A stretch of 64,000 nucleotides of DNA, from the NCBI GenBank assembly GCA_965205485.1, contig OZ242180.1:160001-224000 (forward strand). The letters are read 5' to 3'. The position numbers and the translations under genes were made by a program. Position 1 is the first letter of the stretch, and each line of letters begins with the position of its first letter. The notes beneath the pieces were generated by a model, which was given only the letters and a program-made list of their open reading frames with translations, had not been told where the DNA came from and did not search any database. Shown here piece after piece: positions 19,963 through 29,135 of the stretch. The stretch comes from Candidatus Latescibacterota bacterium (GTDB lineage Bacteria > Latescibacterota > UBA2968 > GCA-2709665).

Positions 19963-20336
19963 TTAGAATTCCTTTAAACCTTCCGGTGTGTTTGATGATT
20001 TCAGGAAACCGTCCCGAATTTTGTCAAGAACGGTTGAAGATAACCTCTCCATTTTCCCTTTTTTTCAAACAACTCCTCAATTTCACAGCACCTCTTCTTG
20101 TAAGCTCCTCTATAAAAGACAGCGGAAGGAACTCTTATGAACGGATGATCACCCCTGTGCAATATAGTTGTCGGATCGCTTCTGATATTTGAAGTTATGT
20201 TCACGACTATGACTTCGTTATCCCGACCGATAGGAGGACACAATACTATATGGAGGTGCGGGCTGCCCGTTACTAAATGCGCAGTGTCACCTGGCTGAAG
20301 GCTACAGGCACAGCAGTTCTTCTTTCGCCGATTCAT
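19963..20336 (-). CDS. Putative PemK/MazF-like toxin paired with the Panacea antitoxin, split by a -1 frameshift at 20058-20064
   Basis: Zero frame gives PGDT...PHLHIVL...VIVVNITS...DPTTILHRGDHPFI...S.V.Y. The -1 frame continues ...LSSTVLDKIRDGFLKSSNTPEGLKEF* (stop at 19963). Overlaps the antitoxin stop. Confidence 0.6.
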
Positions 20337-20853
20337 ATTTGAGCTCATCTATAATCATTTCTTTCTCCTTTGGATCTTTAACCACGACATGCAAAATATC
20401 CTCAAGAGTAATAACTGTTGAAGGTAATCTGGGACTTTTCCACTCCGGCAAATCATGAACAAAAGATCTCAATTCAGCAAAGTTCCTGTCCTTATGTTTC
20501 TGGTACAACTCCTCAATCAACTCCATCTCCGACTTAGGAAGAGGACCGAAATTCGGATCTCCCGTCACCAACTTAACAGAATTTCCCTCAACGGAAAAAT
20601 GAGCAGTCCAATGATCATCCATTATACTACCCTGCATTAGACTATACGTCTCACCCAAAACAGGGCCATGCTGCCTCCGCTCATAACGATCATAGGTCAC
20701 AGGGTAACCCCATTTCTCCAACGCGCCACGATCCAGCAGGTAAAGCAACTTTAACAGCTGAAACTTGTCGCAAGTCCCGCCAGCCAGAGAAACAAAATAT
20801 GCGGCAGCAGCAACTGTGCAATCTAATCGAAATTTCGGTGGGGTCCATTCCAT
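20302..20853 (-). CDS. Panacea (DUF4065/SocA/GepA-like) antitoxin
   Basis: LLKLLYLLDR...GYPVTYD.Y....HGPV...Y, then ELR..VH.LPEW; GGAGG RBS before ATG 20853. Confidence 0.88.
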   Translation of the reverse strand: MEWTPPKFRLDCTVAAAAYFVSLAGGTCDKFQLLKLLYLLDRGALEKWGYPVTYDRYERRQHGPVLGETYSLMQGSIMDDHWTAHFSVEGNSVKLVTGDPNFGPLPKSEMELIEELYQKHKDRNFAELRSFVHDLPEWKSPRLPSTVITLEDILHVVVKDPKEKEMIIDELKYESAKEELLCL

Positions 20854-21317
20854 TTGACGCCTCCAGCAAAACAACAACCAAACGAATTGTGATAAATCCA
20901 AGATACCAAACTTCCCAACGAAAGCCAAGACCTAACGCCTAACAATCCTGCCTCTTGACTGTTGATGATCGGCCGTTCAAGGAGGATGGGTCGCCAGAGA
21001 GCCAACGCGCACCGTGAGGTGGCTTGCCGTTTGGGCTTTCCGGGTATAACCGCCCGCCCAAATGGCTCAGGGGACCATCAGGCCAGCAACTGGTCATCTC
21101 CACATCGCGTCATCTACAAGATGGAAGTGACTCCCCAAGGATACCATTTCCGCGCCAGAAACCAGATACGTTATGCTTTATCCTTCTGATCGAACTTTTG
21201 CCACATTTCGTTTCGTACTTCATCAATGTCTTCAGAGGTTATCGGATTCTCCTGTTCCCACAAGCCTTCGGGATTGAAGAGCTTGCCCTGATCGAAGCCA
21301 GACGAACCGGGTACCTT

Positions 21318-21443
21318 CTACAATAGAACGAGTTTAAAGGCCAGACCGTTTTCCTCGGTGATAATTGCGTCCTCGCCATTGGCCACCTCTTTGACCAATG
21401 ACGCAAGACATGTCTTCGCTTCGATGAGATTAATCTTGCGCAT
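21318..21443 (-). pseudogene. Truncated Phd/YefM antitoxin
   Basis: Hand translation MRKINLIEAKTCLASLVKEVANGEDAIITEENGLAFKLVLL* matches the Phd EAK..L..L...V..GE..IIT..G pattern; stops after 41 aa. Confidence 0.75.
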
Positions 21444-21569
21444 GTTTTGCTCCGTCGAGAAGAAATCCGGAGAGTCGTTCCGGTCGATCGTTTAGTTCCT
21501 GTCAAATGGCGTATGCCGGATCAAACTCCCGCCACATTTCGTCTCGCACTGCATCAATTTCTTCAAAGT

Positions 21570-21768
21570 TAATCGGCTTCGCCAGTTCCCACAAGCCCAA
21601 TGTACAAAAGCCCAGGAGGATTTCGCCTCCTGGGCCTTTACGCTGTCAGGTTTTCAGACCGATTATTCAGGTGATTTTTCTTAAGCCGTGAACATAGAGT
21701 TTCCCTATAAAGTCCGGTGGCCTGATTATGCCGATCTTGCAGTGGCCGCATCAGGGCGATCATTGACA
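21570..21768 (+). mobile_element. IS21-family end (copy A) with subterminal hairpin
   Basis: Two 25-bp-period repeats GTGGCCTGATTATGCCGATCTTGCA ending ...CGATCATTGACA; the upstream ~150 bp is homologous to 26899-27045. Confidence 0.7.
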
Positions 21769-21795
21769 TGCTCTAAATCCTCATCCATTGCCATC

Positions 21796-21981
21796 TCACC
21801 GTTTTCTCGGCCATCTAAGCATTTCGTCAACGATCAGATTCGCCGCTTGTATCGGGTCAATCTCCGCAGCCTCGGCCTGAGTATACCCGAGATTCTGCAA
21901 GACCAACCACGCGCCGTCCGGCGACGCCATAATCCCCGCAAGTATCGTTGCGACCAGTTTGCGCCGCTCTTCAATTTCCAT
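21796..21981 (-). CDS. Small hypothetical protein (61 aa)
   Basis: Helical-looking ORF whose ATG lies 1 nt after the TAA of the upstream ORF. Confidence 0.45.
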   Translation of the reverse strand: MEIEERRKLVATILAGIMASPDGAWLVLQNLGYTQAEAAEIDPIQAANLIVDEMLRWPRKR

Positions 21982-22416
21982 ATTACTTCACGTCTTTCAT
22001 CGTCGAAACCTGCCGCCTGGCCGAGCGCTTGACCGGCGTCTGCATAAGCACTCTTGCGACGATTTCCGGATCGGGGTCGATCCTTTCCGGCATGAGCTTT
22101 TCGACTGGCGTTCCTCGGCTTCGACTTCCGTTTTTCCCCCGCATATGAACCCCCGTGTTGCTTGCTTGTTTCTTGCTCTTAGGGACGGCAGGACAGTAAG
22201 TCAACCCATACGCCAACGGGAGAGGTTGCGTATGTCGGCTGCCCTTAACCCCGCGATGCGGCGAAGGTTTAACCGTCCCTAATTGACAAAATAACACATA
22301 AAAAGGACCTGCTCATGCCACCCTGATCCACTCGTCATCCTGTCTATAGTGTCCACATTTAAATCGGTGCATTTATCAAAAACAGAACCGGTGTTGACAC
22401 TTCAAAACGTCCCTAT

Positions 22417-22632
22417 CTAACTGTAATAGATGTGCTCCGTTTTCGGGATCCCATTCTTTCTACGAGGGTTGACACAATTTTCCTTCTCACACATTGGACC
22501 GGAGCGATCCCGCTTGTACTTCATGTCGTTGCATTTGTGAAAGATACCGGCGGATGTGTCGGAGAAGCTGCAATCAACGCAGAATACTCGAAGCATATAT
22601 CGGCAACACCACCACTTGAATAAGCCAAACAT
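22417..22632 (-). CDS. Small Cys-rich hypothetical protein (71 aa)
   Basis: Perfect AAGGAGG RBS 6 nt before ATG; 7 Cys (CC, CxxC, C, CxxxxC). Confidence 0.5.
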   Translation of the reverse strand: MFGLFKWWCCRYMLRVFCVDCSFSDTSAGIFHKCNDMKYKRDRSGPMCEKENCVNPRRKNGIPKTEHIYYS

Positions 22633-22988
22633 CCGGCGCCTCCTTTGGACTTACCAGATTATTCAGTTCGGACAGCGGCAAAAGATCGCCTGTGCTTTCG
22701 AGTCGGTCTATTTGACATGTGAATCAGAATTGCTATATTGTTTCCGCAGATCCATCACGTTTGAACAGACCTGTTGCGCTGACAAACCCGCGCTTCCGCA
22801 TTTCAGGGTAAATTTACGGAGAAATTTGTGACGTTGCTGTGGAACTTCGATCTATAATGGTGATCCATGAGTGAAATATCGCCAGGCGGTTACATTTGCA
22901 GAACGAGAGGGAGGACGCGGAAGGTCTCGCTACGCGTCTGATGAAGTATTGAGAAACGGGAGCCGTGCCGCCCTCGTGGGAGAATTGG

Positions 22989-25376
22989 ATGAATCCGGCA
23001 AGAGACCGTGAACGAGAGATTGATGAACTAAAGGAGCGCCTGAACACCTTGAGCGAGGCGTGCTTGCGTATCAACGAGGACCTCGACTTCACGGCCGTCT
23101 TGCGTGGCGTTCTGGAAAGCGCGCGGTCATTGTCCGACGCCCGTCACGGGATCATAATACTGTTGGAAGACGGGGAGCGGGTACGGGAGTATCTTGACTC
23201 CGGCCTGCCTCCCGATCAAGCCCAACAGATATATGGTGAACCAGAAAACGAGCTCCTCCTGGAACACTTCGGCTTCATTGAAGAACCCCTGCGGTTGCAG
23301 GACATCGAAAGCTATGTTCAGAAACTGGGTCTGTCAGTGTTCCGCCCGCCAATGCCCGTCAGTCCTGCAATGACGCTTCTTGCGGCGCCTGTCCGCCACC
23401 GTGGCGAGAGAGTGGGGACTCTGGTGTTGTTGGATAAGGAGGGAGGCACGGCGTTCACGCCTGAAGACGAAGAGGCGTTGATGATGTTCGCGTCTCAGGC
23501 GGCGTTGGCGATCACGAACGCACGGCGATACCGGGACGCGCAGCAGGCGAGTGCGGATCTCGAAGCGCTGATCAAGACCTCGCCGATGGGCGTCCTGGTC
23601 TTCAACGCCAGGACCGGAGAACTCATTTCGTTCAACCGGGAGTCGGCAAGGCTCTTGCGTGTCCTGCGGATACCGAACGGTCCCCTCGAAGACATTGTAA
23701 AGGTCGTCAAGGTCCGTCGCGCGGACGGACGCCAACTGTCGTCCGAAGAGTTGTCCGTCAGCAAGGTGCTTGGCAGCCCCGAGACGTTACGTTCCGAAGA
23801 AATCGTTATCGAAGGTCCGGACGGGGACCGGGTCACGGCCCTGCTCAATGTTACTCCCATGCGATCGGATGACGGCGACGTTGCATCGCTCATCTTAACC
23901 GTGCAGGACATGACTCATTTGGAGGAACTGGAACGGCAGCGGTCCGATTTCCTTGCCATCGTAAGCCACGAACTGAGGGCGCCGCTTGCCGCCATCAAGG
24001 GCTCGGCAGCGACGGTGCTCGGCGACAGCCTTGCTCTGGGCAGGTCCGAAATGCTCCAGTTTTTTCGCATCATCAATCAACACGCCGATCAGATGAGCGG
24101 ACTGGTCAACGACCTGCTGGACGTTGCGCGTATCAGGACGGGTACCCTTCATGTCAATTGCGAACCCACGTCGGTTATCGGACTGGTGGACAGGGCCAGG
24201 AGCATGTTTATCGGCGTTGGGGGCAGGAACAACATTCAGATCGAGTTGGACGCTGAACTTCCGCCTGTGAGTGCTGACGGAAGGCGCGTCAGTCAGGTGA
24301 TGGTGAACCTGCTGTCGAACGCTGATCGGCATTCGCCTGACAATTCACCGCTGAGGATTACGGCTTCACAGGACGGGGCGCACGTGACGTTTCGTGTGGA
24401 GGACAAGGGATGTGGGATTTCCGCGGAGCTTCTTCCGCACATTTTTCGCAATATTACTCCGTACGACGGCAAAGTGGAGCTTGGCAACGATCAGAAATCG
24501 GGATGGGGCCTGTCCATCTGCAAGGGGATCGTAGAAGCCCACGGCGGCCGGATACGGGTGGAAAGCGACGGCGTGGGTAAGGGAACCAGCGTCACGTTTA
24601 CCATACCCATCGCTGAGAACGCGGGAGATATTACCGATGGCTTTTCGGAATCGGATGCCAAAGTCGAACGCCCCAGGCGGCACGGTCGAGCGCCCATCCT
24701 GGTCGTAGACGACGACCCGCAGACCTTGCGGAACGTACGGGAAGCCCTTACGAAGGTCGGCTTCGTGCCGGTGACCACGGGCGACCCGGACGAAGTGCCG
24801 GGACTCCTGGAACAACACCGTCCGCAACTGGTCTTGCTCGATCTGGTCCTGCCGGGAACCGACGGTATTGAGATGATGCGGACTCTCTTCAAGAACTCAG
24901 ACATACCGATCGTGTTTCTCTCGGCATACGCCCACGAAGAGGCGATTGACCAGGCGTTGGAGGCAGGCGCCGCGGACTACGTGGTCAAGCCCTTTTCGCC
25001 GACGGAACTCGTGTCCAGAATCCGGGTGGCGCTACGTAAGGCGTCGTTGACCGTTCAGCAGGCGCGGAGGGCGCCCTTTGTGCTGGACGAACTGACCATT
25101 GACTACGCGCGGCGCCGCGTCACCATGGGAGAGCGGGACGTGAGCCTTTCGCAAATCGAGTACCGGCTGCTGGTTGAACTCTCAGAGCACGCCGGCGGGG
25201 TATTGACGCACGAACATCTCCTGCAAACCGTCTGGCGCAGGAGTGTCCCCGGGGATACCAGACCGTTGCGATCGGCGATAAAGTCCCTGCGCCGCAAGCT
25301 GGGTGACGAGGCAGGCAACCCCGCCTACATATTCAACCAGCCACGCGTCGGCTATCGATTGGGGGCAAACATATAG
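22989..25376 (+). CDS. Hybrid sensor-regulator: GAF-PAS-HisKA-HATPase-REC-OmpR-type wHTH
   Basis: H-box VSHELRAPL, N-box NLLSNA, G-boxes DKGCG / GWGLSICK; receiver ILVVDDD...LLDL.LPG.DG...KPF; wHTH LL..VW...LR.KLG...PRVGYR. Confidence 0.92.
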   Translation: MNPARDREREIDELKERLNTLSEACLRINEDLDFTAVLRGVLESARSLSDARHGIIILLEDGERVREYLDSGLPPDQAQQIYGEPENELLLEHFGFIEEPLRLQDIESYVQKLGLSVFRPPMPVSPAMTLLAAPVRHRGERVGTLVLLDKEGGTAFTPEDEEALMMFASQAALAITNARRYRDAQQASADLEALIKTSPMGVLVFNARTGELISFNRESARLLRVLRIPNGPLEDIVKVVKVRRADGRQLSSEELSVSKVLGSPETLRSEEIVIEGPDGDRVTALLNVTPMRSDDGDVASLILTVQDMTHLEELERQRSDFLAIVSHELRAPLAAIKGSAATVLGDSLALGRSEMLQFFRIINQHADQMSGLVNDLLDVARIRTGTLHVNCEPTSVIGLVDRARSMFIGVGGRNNIQIELDAELPPVSADGRRVSQVMVNLLSNADRHSPDNSPLRITASQDGAHVTFRVEDKGCGISAELLPHIFRNITPYDGKVELGNDQKSGWGLSICKGIVEAHGGRIRVESDGVGKGTSVTFTIPIAENAGDITDGFSESDAKVERPRRHGRAPILVVDDDPQTLRNVREALTKVGFVPVTTGDPDEVPGLLEQHRPQLVLLDLVLPGTDGIEMMRTLFKNSDIPIVFLSAYAHEEAIDQALEAGAADYVVKPFSPTELVSRIRVALRKASLTVQQARRAPFVLDELTIDYARRRVTMGERDVSLSQIEYRLLVELSEHAGGVLTHEHLLQTVWRRSVPGDTRPLRSAIKSLRRKLGDEAGNPAYIFNQPRVGYRLGANI

Positions 25377-25468
25377 AAAGTCAGCGGGGGCAGACTTAAG
25401 CGGGAGGGAGGGTTTGAGTATGCACCTGTGGTATTCGCGGGCGGTAAGAGTAAGGTAGAATCGTCGCA

Positions 25469-26096
25469 GGAAAGTCGGAAACCGGAATCGGACCCCAAAT
25501 GGCCTGATTAAGGCGATCCTGGATTGGCCTGATTATGCCGATCTTGCTGTGGCCGCATTAGGGCGATCATTGACAGGTGTTTGGCCGCACGTATCATACG
25601 TCGTCGTCGGCCGGCGGCGGGTTCAGGGGGATGCCCAGGATCTCGGAGGCTTTTTTTTGGATCTCGAGGAGGGTCTGCGCCTGTTCCAGCCGTCGCTGCA
25701 GCCGCGCGTGTTCCTTGCGCAACTGCTCGTTCTCGATGGCGACCTCGTCGCGACGTCGCCCCCTGGGTCCCCGCGGCCTGGAGAGCGCCTCGAGCGTCCC
25801 CTCACGACGCGCACGACGCCACTGGCTCAACTGCGAGGAATACAACCCTTCGCGACGCAGCAGCGCACCGACTTCACCAGGGGCCCGGCAAGCATCCGCC
25901 TCTTCCAGAATGCGAAGCTTGTACCCGGCGGTGAACCGGCGACGCTTCGCACGCGCCGGCGCCTCCGGATCCGGCGTCTTGCTGCCGTTTTCTCCAACAT
26001 CGATTCTTGACCCCATCTCTTGCTCTCCTCTCCCGCCCATTATACGACATTAAACTCGGAGGGGGAGTTGTCTCAATCTATATTGGCACGTAGGGG
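25469..26096 (-). mobile_element. Composite remnant B: IS21-type end fused to the left part of an IS3-family element
   Basis: Three 25-bp repeats 25500-25575 ending CATTGACA abut the orfB start, orfA and left end (…TGTCTCAATCTATATTGGCACGTAGGGG). Confidence 0.75.
25594..26016 (-). CDS. IS3-family transposase OrfA (HTH + leucine zipper); orfB truncated
   Basis: PDPE.PARAKRRRFTA.YKLRIL.EAD.C...LLRREGLYSS.L..WRR...EIQKK. Confidence 0.85.
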   Translation of the reverse strand: MGSRIDVGENGSKTPDPEAPARAKRRRFTAGYKLRILEEADACRAPGEVGALLRREGLYSSQLSQWRRARREGTLEALSRPRGPRGRRRDEVAIENEQLRKEHARLQRRLEQAQTLLEIQKKASEILGIPLNPPPADDDV

Positions 26097-26123
26097 CACC
26101 CAAACAACGGAAAGGATAGATGC

Positions 26124-26603
26124 ATGTTACGCTCACTATGGGGGTTGGGATTTTTGCTGGTCACGTTTCCCGTATCTGCCGAAGATGCGGAGATATCGCT
26201 AATAGAATGTGGAGCCTCTAAGGGTTGGATGTATCGTCATCCGGCAGTATTCGACCCCCGATCTAAGGCAAAATGGGTAGAAACCGAAATTCAAAAGGGG
26301 AAAATCTGGCTTGCGAGAAAAGGGGATATGTGGAACATATATACAATAGACGCATTGGGAGAAATTGAGTCTTATGTTGACAGCGGTGTAAAGGTACAGC
26401 GTGTCCTATCAAACGAAAATTGGCTTACCCAGATCGTCACAATCAGCCCCTTCGCAGTTGAACATTATATGTTTTATCATCCACCAGGAAGAGAGTGGTC
26501 TGTTTCTTGGTTCAGTGGGAAAAAAGCACTCGGTTCAAATCTTCTTATGGTGGCAAAGTGCAAAATGGGGACGCTGAAACCGGTGAAAGAACAAACACAA
26601 TAG
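26124..26603 (+). CDS. Hypothetical secreted protein
   Basis: Signal peptide (…FPVSA|ED), AAGGA RBS, AT-richer codons. Confidence 0.7.
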   Translation: MLRSLWGLGFLLVTFPVSAEDAEISLIECGASKGWMYRHPAVFDPRSKAKWVETEIQKGKIWLARKGDMWNIYTIDALGEIESYVDSGVKVQRVLSNENWLTQIVTISPFAVEHYMFYHPPGREWSVSWFSGKKALGSNLLMVAKCKMGTLKPVKEQTQ

Positions 26604-26898
26604 GGGCAGAAAATGTCAAACCGAAAAACAATAACGCTTGATGACAAATTCAGGCACGAGCATTTGTGAGCCGAAGTCGAATCGGCACAGGTGTTCGAAG
26701 TCTCCAATCTCCGATCAAAGTTGGCTTTGGCTATTCAGTTCGATTCAATCCGAAATGATCCCAAGACCCCTTACAGAATTGGTGGAATAATATACTATCG
26801 AGAGGCAACTGAGACGAAGGATTGAACCGGTTCCGGTTTAGTGGTTCGAAAGTTCTGGCGGCTGGGTTCGTTCCCCTGCACGTCAATGCCAGCAAACG

Positions 26899-27112
26899 TA
26901 ATCGGCGTCGGCAGTTCCCACAAGCCTTATGTATAAACGCCCAGGAGGATGTCACATTCCTGGGCGTTTACAACGTCTGGTCTTCAGACCGGATATTCAG
27001 GTGATTTTTAAGAGCGTGGGCATGGAGTCTTGCCAATAAGATCCGGTGGCCCGATTAAGGCGATCCTGCAGTGGCCTGATTATGCCGATCTTGCTGTGGC
27101 CGCATCAGAGCG
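26899..27112 (+). mobile_element. IS21-family end (copy C), terminus decayed
   Basis: Homologous to copy A; three 25-bp repeats at 27046-27112. Confidence 0.7.
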
Positions 27113-27140
27113 CAAACTTTCCGCATCGACATTCTGGAAC

Positions 27141-27293
27141 TTAAGTTTTGATCACCTTGCGATCTGAACTGGCAATCTTCTCCACCGCACGAACCAGCCG
27201 CCACATCAACAACAGAAAATAAATCGCGGCTGCAGGAGTGATCAGTGAAGCGATAATACCAACTACACCGTGTGTTACGGCAATATCTTCCAT
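27141..27293 (-). CDS. Small single-TM membrane protein (50 aa)
   Basis: AAGGAGG RBS; MEDIAVTHGVVGIIASLITPAAAIYFLLLMWRLVRAVEKIA…. Confidence 0.65.
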   Translation of the reverse strand: MEDIAVTHGVVGIIASLITPAAAIYFLLLMWRLVRAVEKIASSDRKVIKT

Positions 27294-27329
27294 CACAATC
27301 CTCCTTGAAAATTGCCCAGGGGCTGACGC

Positions 27330-27480
27330 TGGGTGTGACACAAAAGCACTGACAGCACCGTCACGAATTTCCACGTCGCAATGGTCTGTTCTGTGAAGAC
27401 GTCCTCAATCGTGGAACCGCGCCCAAAGTCCACCTGCGCCGCGTCGCCTGGATCGAAGTCCGACACTGTCGGGGAGACAC
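27330..27480 (-). pseudogene. istA: IS21 transposase IstA fragment
   Basis: FDPGDAAQVDFG.G..I.D..T.....TWKFV..L is the IstA DDE-domain signature; lies next to a 4-repeat end. Confidence 0.75.
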
Positions 27481-27531
27481 TCAGAAGGTAGAAACATTGC
27501 CGGAAGGTCCGAGACCTCAATAGCATCCCTG

Positions 27532-27877
27532 GTGGCCTGATTAGACCGATCTTCAACTGGCCTGATTATGCCGATCTTGAAGTGGCCGCGTCAGGCCGAT
27601 CTTACAGTGGCCGCATTAAGGCGATCATTGAAAGGAAACGGCGCGACCGATCCGGTCCCGTTGGATGTGGCTTGCGATGACGATAGACCGACACTCGCGC
27701 CACACCCAATGCCCGGCACGCCGAAGCCAAACCCACGCTCGGGGCGAGATGTTCGGCCGCACGTATCATACGTCGTCGTCGGCCGGCGGGCGGTTCAGGG
27801 GGATGCCCAGGATCTCGGAGGCTTTTTTTTGGATCTCGAGGAGGGTCTGCGCCTGTTCCAGCCGTCGCTGCAGCCGG
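27532..27877 (-). mobile_element. Composite remnant D: IS21 left end (4 repeats) plus IS3 orfA 3' / orfB 5' fragment
   Basis: Repeats 27532-27633; 27750-27877 nearly identical to 25578-25705. Confidence 0.75.
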
Positions 27878-27946
27878 GCGATTTCCGTGGTCATCCGGAA
27901 TCTCTCGTATTTGTCTCCCTCCAAAACACCTTGCCTTCCTCGTTGC

Positions 27947-28159
27947 CTACTGGCCCTTAACCCAATTTTCAAAGTTATCTCTGAAATCTGCAATGGCTTT
28001 TCGACGTCCTTCCTGAACGCCCTGTTCATATGCACAATACGCACATTTAAATTTGCCGTGTCCACTTTGGTTGTAAGGCAAAGATAACATTATATCTTCT
28101 AACGCCGCTCTGCTTTTTATATGATCGGGCCACGGAGCAACGCTCGCAGAGTGTTTCAT
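27947..28159 (-). CDS. Small hypothetical protein with LP.NQ.G.G..KCAYCAYE.G motif
   Basis: AT-rich ORF with CxxC, located between IS remnants. Confidence 0.55.
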   Translation of the reverse strand: MKHSASVAPWPDHIKSRAALEDIMLSLPYNQSGHGKFKCAYCAYEQGVQEGRRKAIADFRDNFENWVKGQ

Positions 28160-28429
28160 ACAATACGTATTATTCACACCGAATCTCCCTGTGTTGATCA
28201 ATGATTAGTAGCAGCAAATTGGGGAGACCCAACCCGCCCGTCAAGCAAGTACCACACCCCTTGGGAGAGGCGAGTGGTTCTCTCTTTGAGCCCATGGAAT
28301 CATCCAACATACGTGTTCCACATGAGATATCTTCTTTAAAACTCCCGACGTGTCAGAATCGGTTTTAAGTTAGACAGAAACGACGGTTTAAAAGTGAACA
28401 CTTCCGTGTAAGATCACTGTATTACGTAC

Positions 28430-28870
28430 GGAAAGTCGGAAACCTGAATCGTACCCCAGGTGGCCTGATTAGGCCGGTCCCACGTTGGCCGCATTTGGGC
28501 GGTCATTGCTAAGAAGAGGCGCGACCGACCCGGACACGTTGGATGTGGCTTGCGATGACGGTATACCGAGGCTCGCACCACACCCAATGCCCGGCATGCA
28601 GAAGCCAACCCCACAGTTGGGTCGAGATGTTCGGCCGCAGGTATAATACGTCGTCGTCGGCCGGCGGCGGGTTCAGGGGGATGCCCAGGATCTCGGAGGC
28701 TCTTTTTTGGATCTCGAGGATGGTCTGCGCCTGTTCCAGCCGTCGCCGCAGCCGCGCGTTTTCCTTGCGCAGTTGCTCGTTCTCGACCTCATCTCGTGCT
28801 CTCCTCTCCGCCCATTATACGACATTAAACTCGGAGGGGGAGTTGTCTCACTCTATATTGGCACGTAGGG
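28430..28870 (-). mobile_element. Composite remnant E: IS21-type end plus internally deleted IS3 left part
   Basis: Same IS21/IS3 junction as D, same flanks as B; most of orfA is deleted near 28790. Confidence 0.75.
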
Positions 28871-29135
28871 AGGCTTCCATCGAAGACATCTGCAATTGTG
28901 CAGTTCCTTGGCTCCATTACGCCCTCCGAAAGATTCCTACTGTTCAACGGAATTTTCACATCCGCCGATAATGTCGGCGGCCTGGCATCGCGCCAACGTG
29001 CGTTCGGAGACGTGATGAATTATAGGAATTGAGCGAAAAGTGGTTTCGAAAATGAAAATCCCACGGCCACGGGACCATTACCGCCCCCGAGCGAGGTTGT
29101 GAATAACAGCGAAATAGTGTCTGCAGGCGATTTAG

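Noticed and set aside
21983..22297. Possible IS1595-associated remnant (…MPERIDPDPEIVARVLMQTP)
   Set aside because: Only a vague resemblance; no transposase motif or terminal inverted repeats could be confirmed.
26091..26608. TAGGGGCA at both ends of the 159-aa gene as a target-site duplication
   Set aside because: The left copy overlaps the IS3 end and the right copy is the gene's stop codon; an 8-bp match could be chance.
21717..28511. 25-bp repeats as a CRISPR array or integron attC sites
   Set aside because: The units are directly tandem with no unique spacers, end in CATTGACA and sit beside an IstA fragment. No cas or intI gene and no RYYYAAC…GTTRRRY structure were found.
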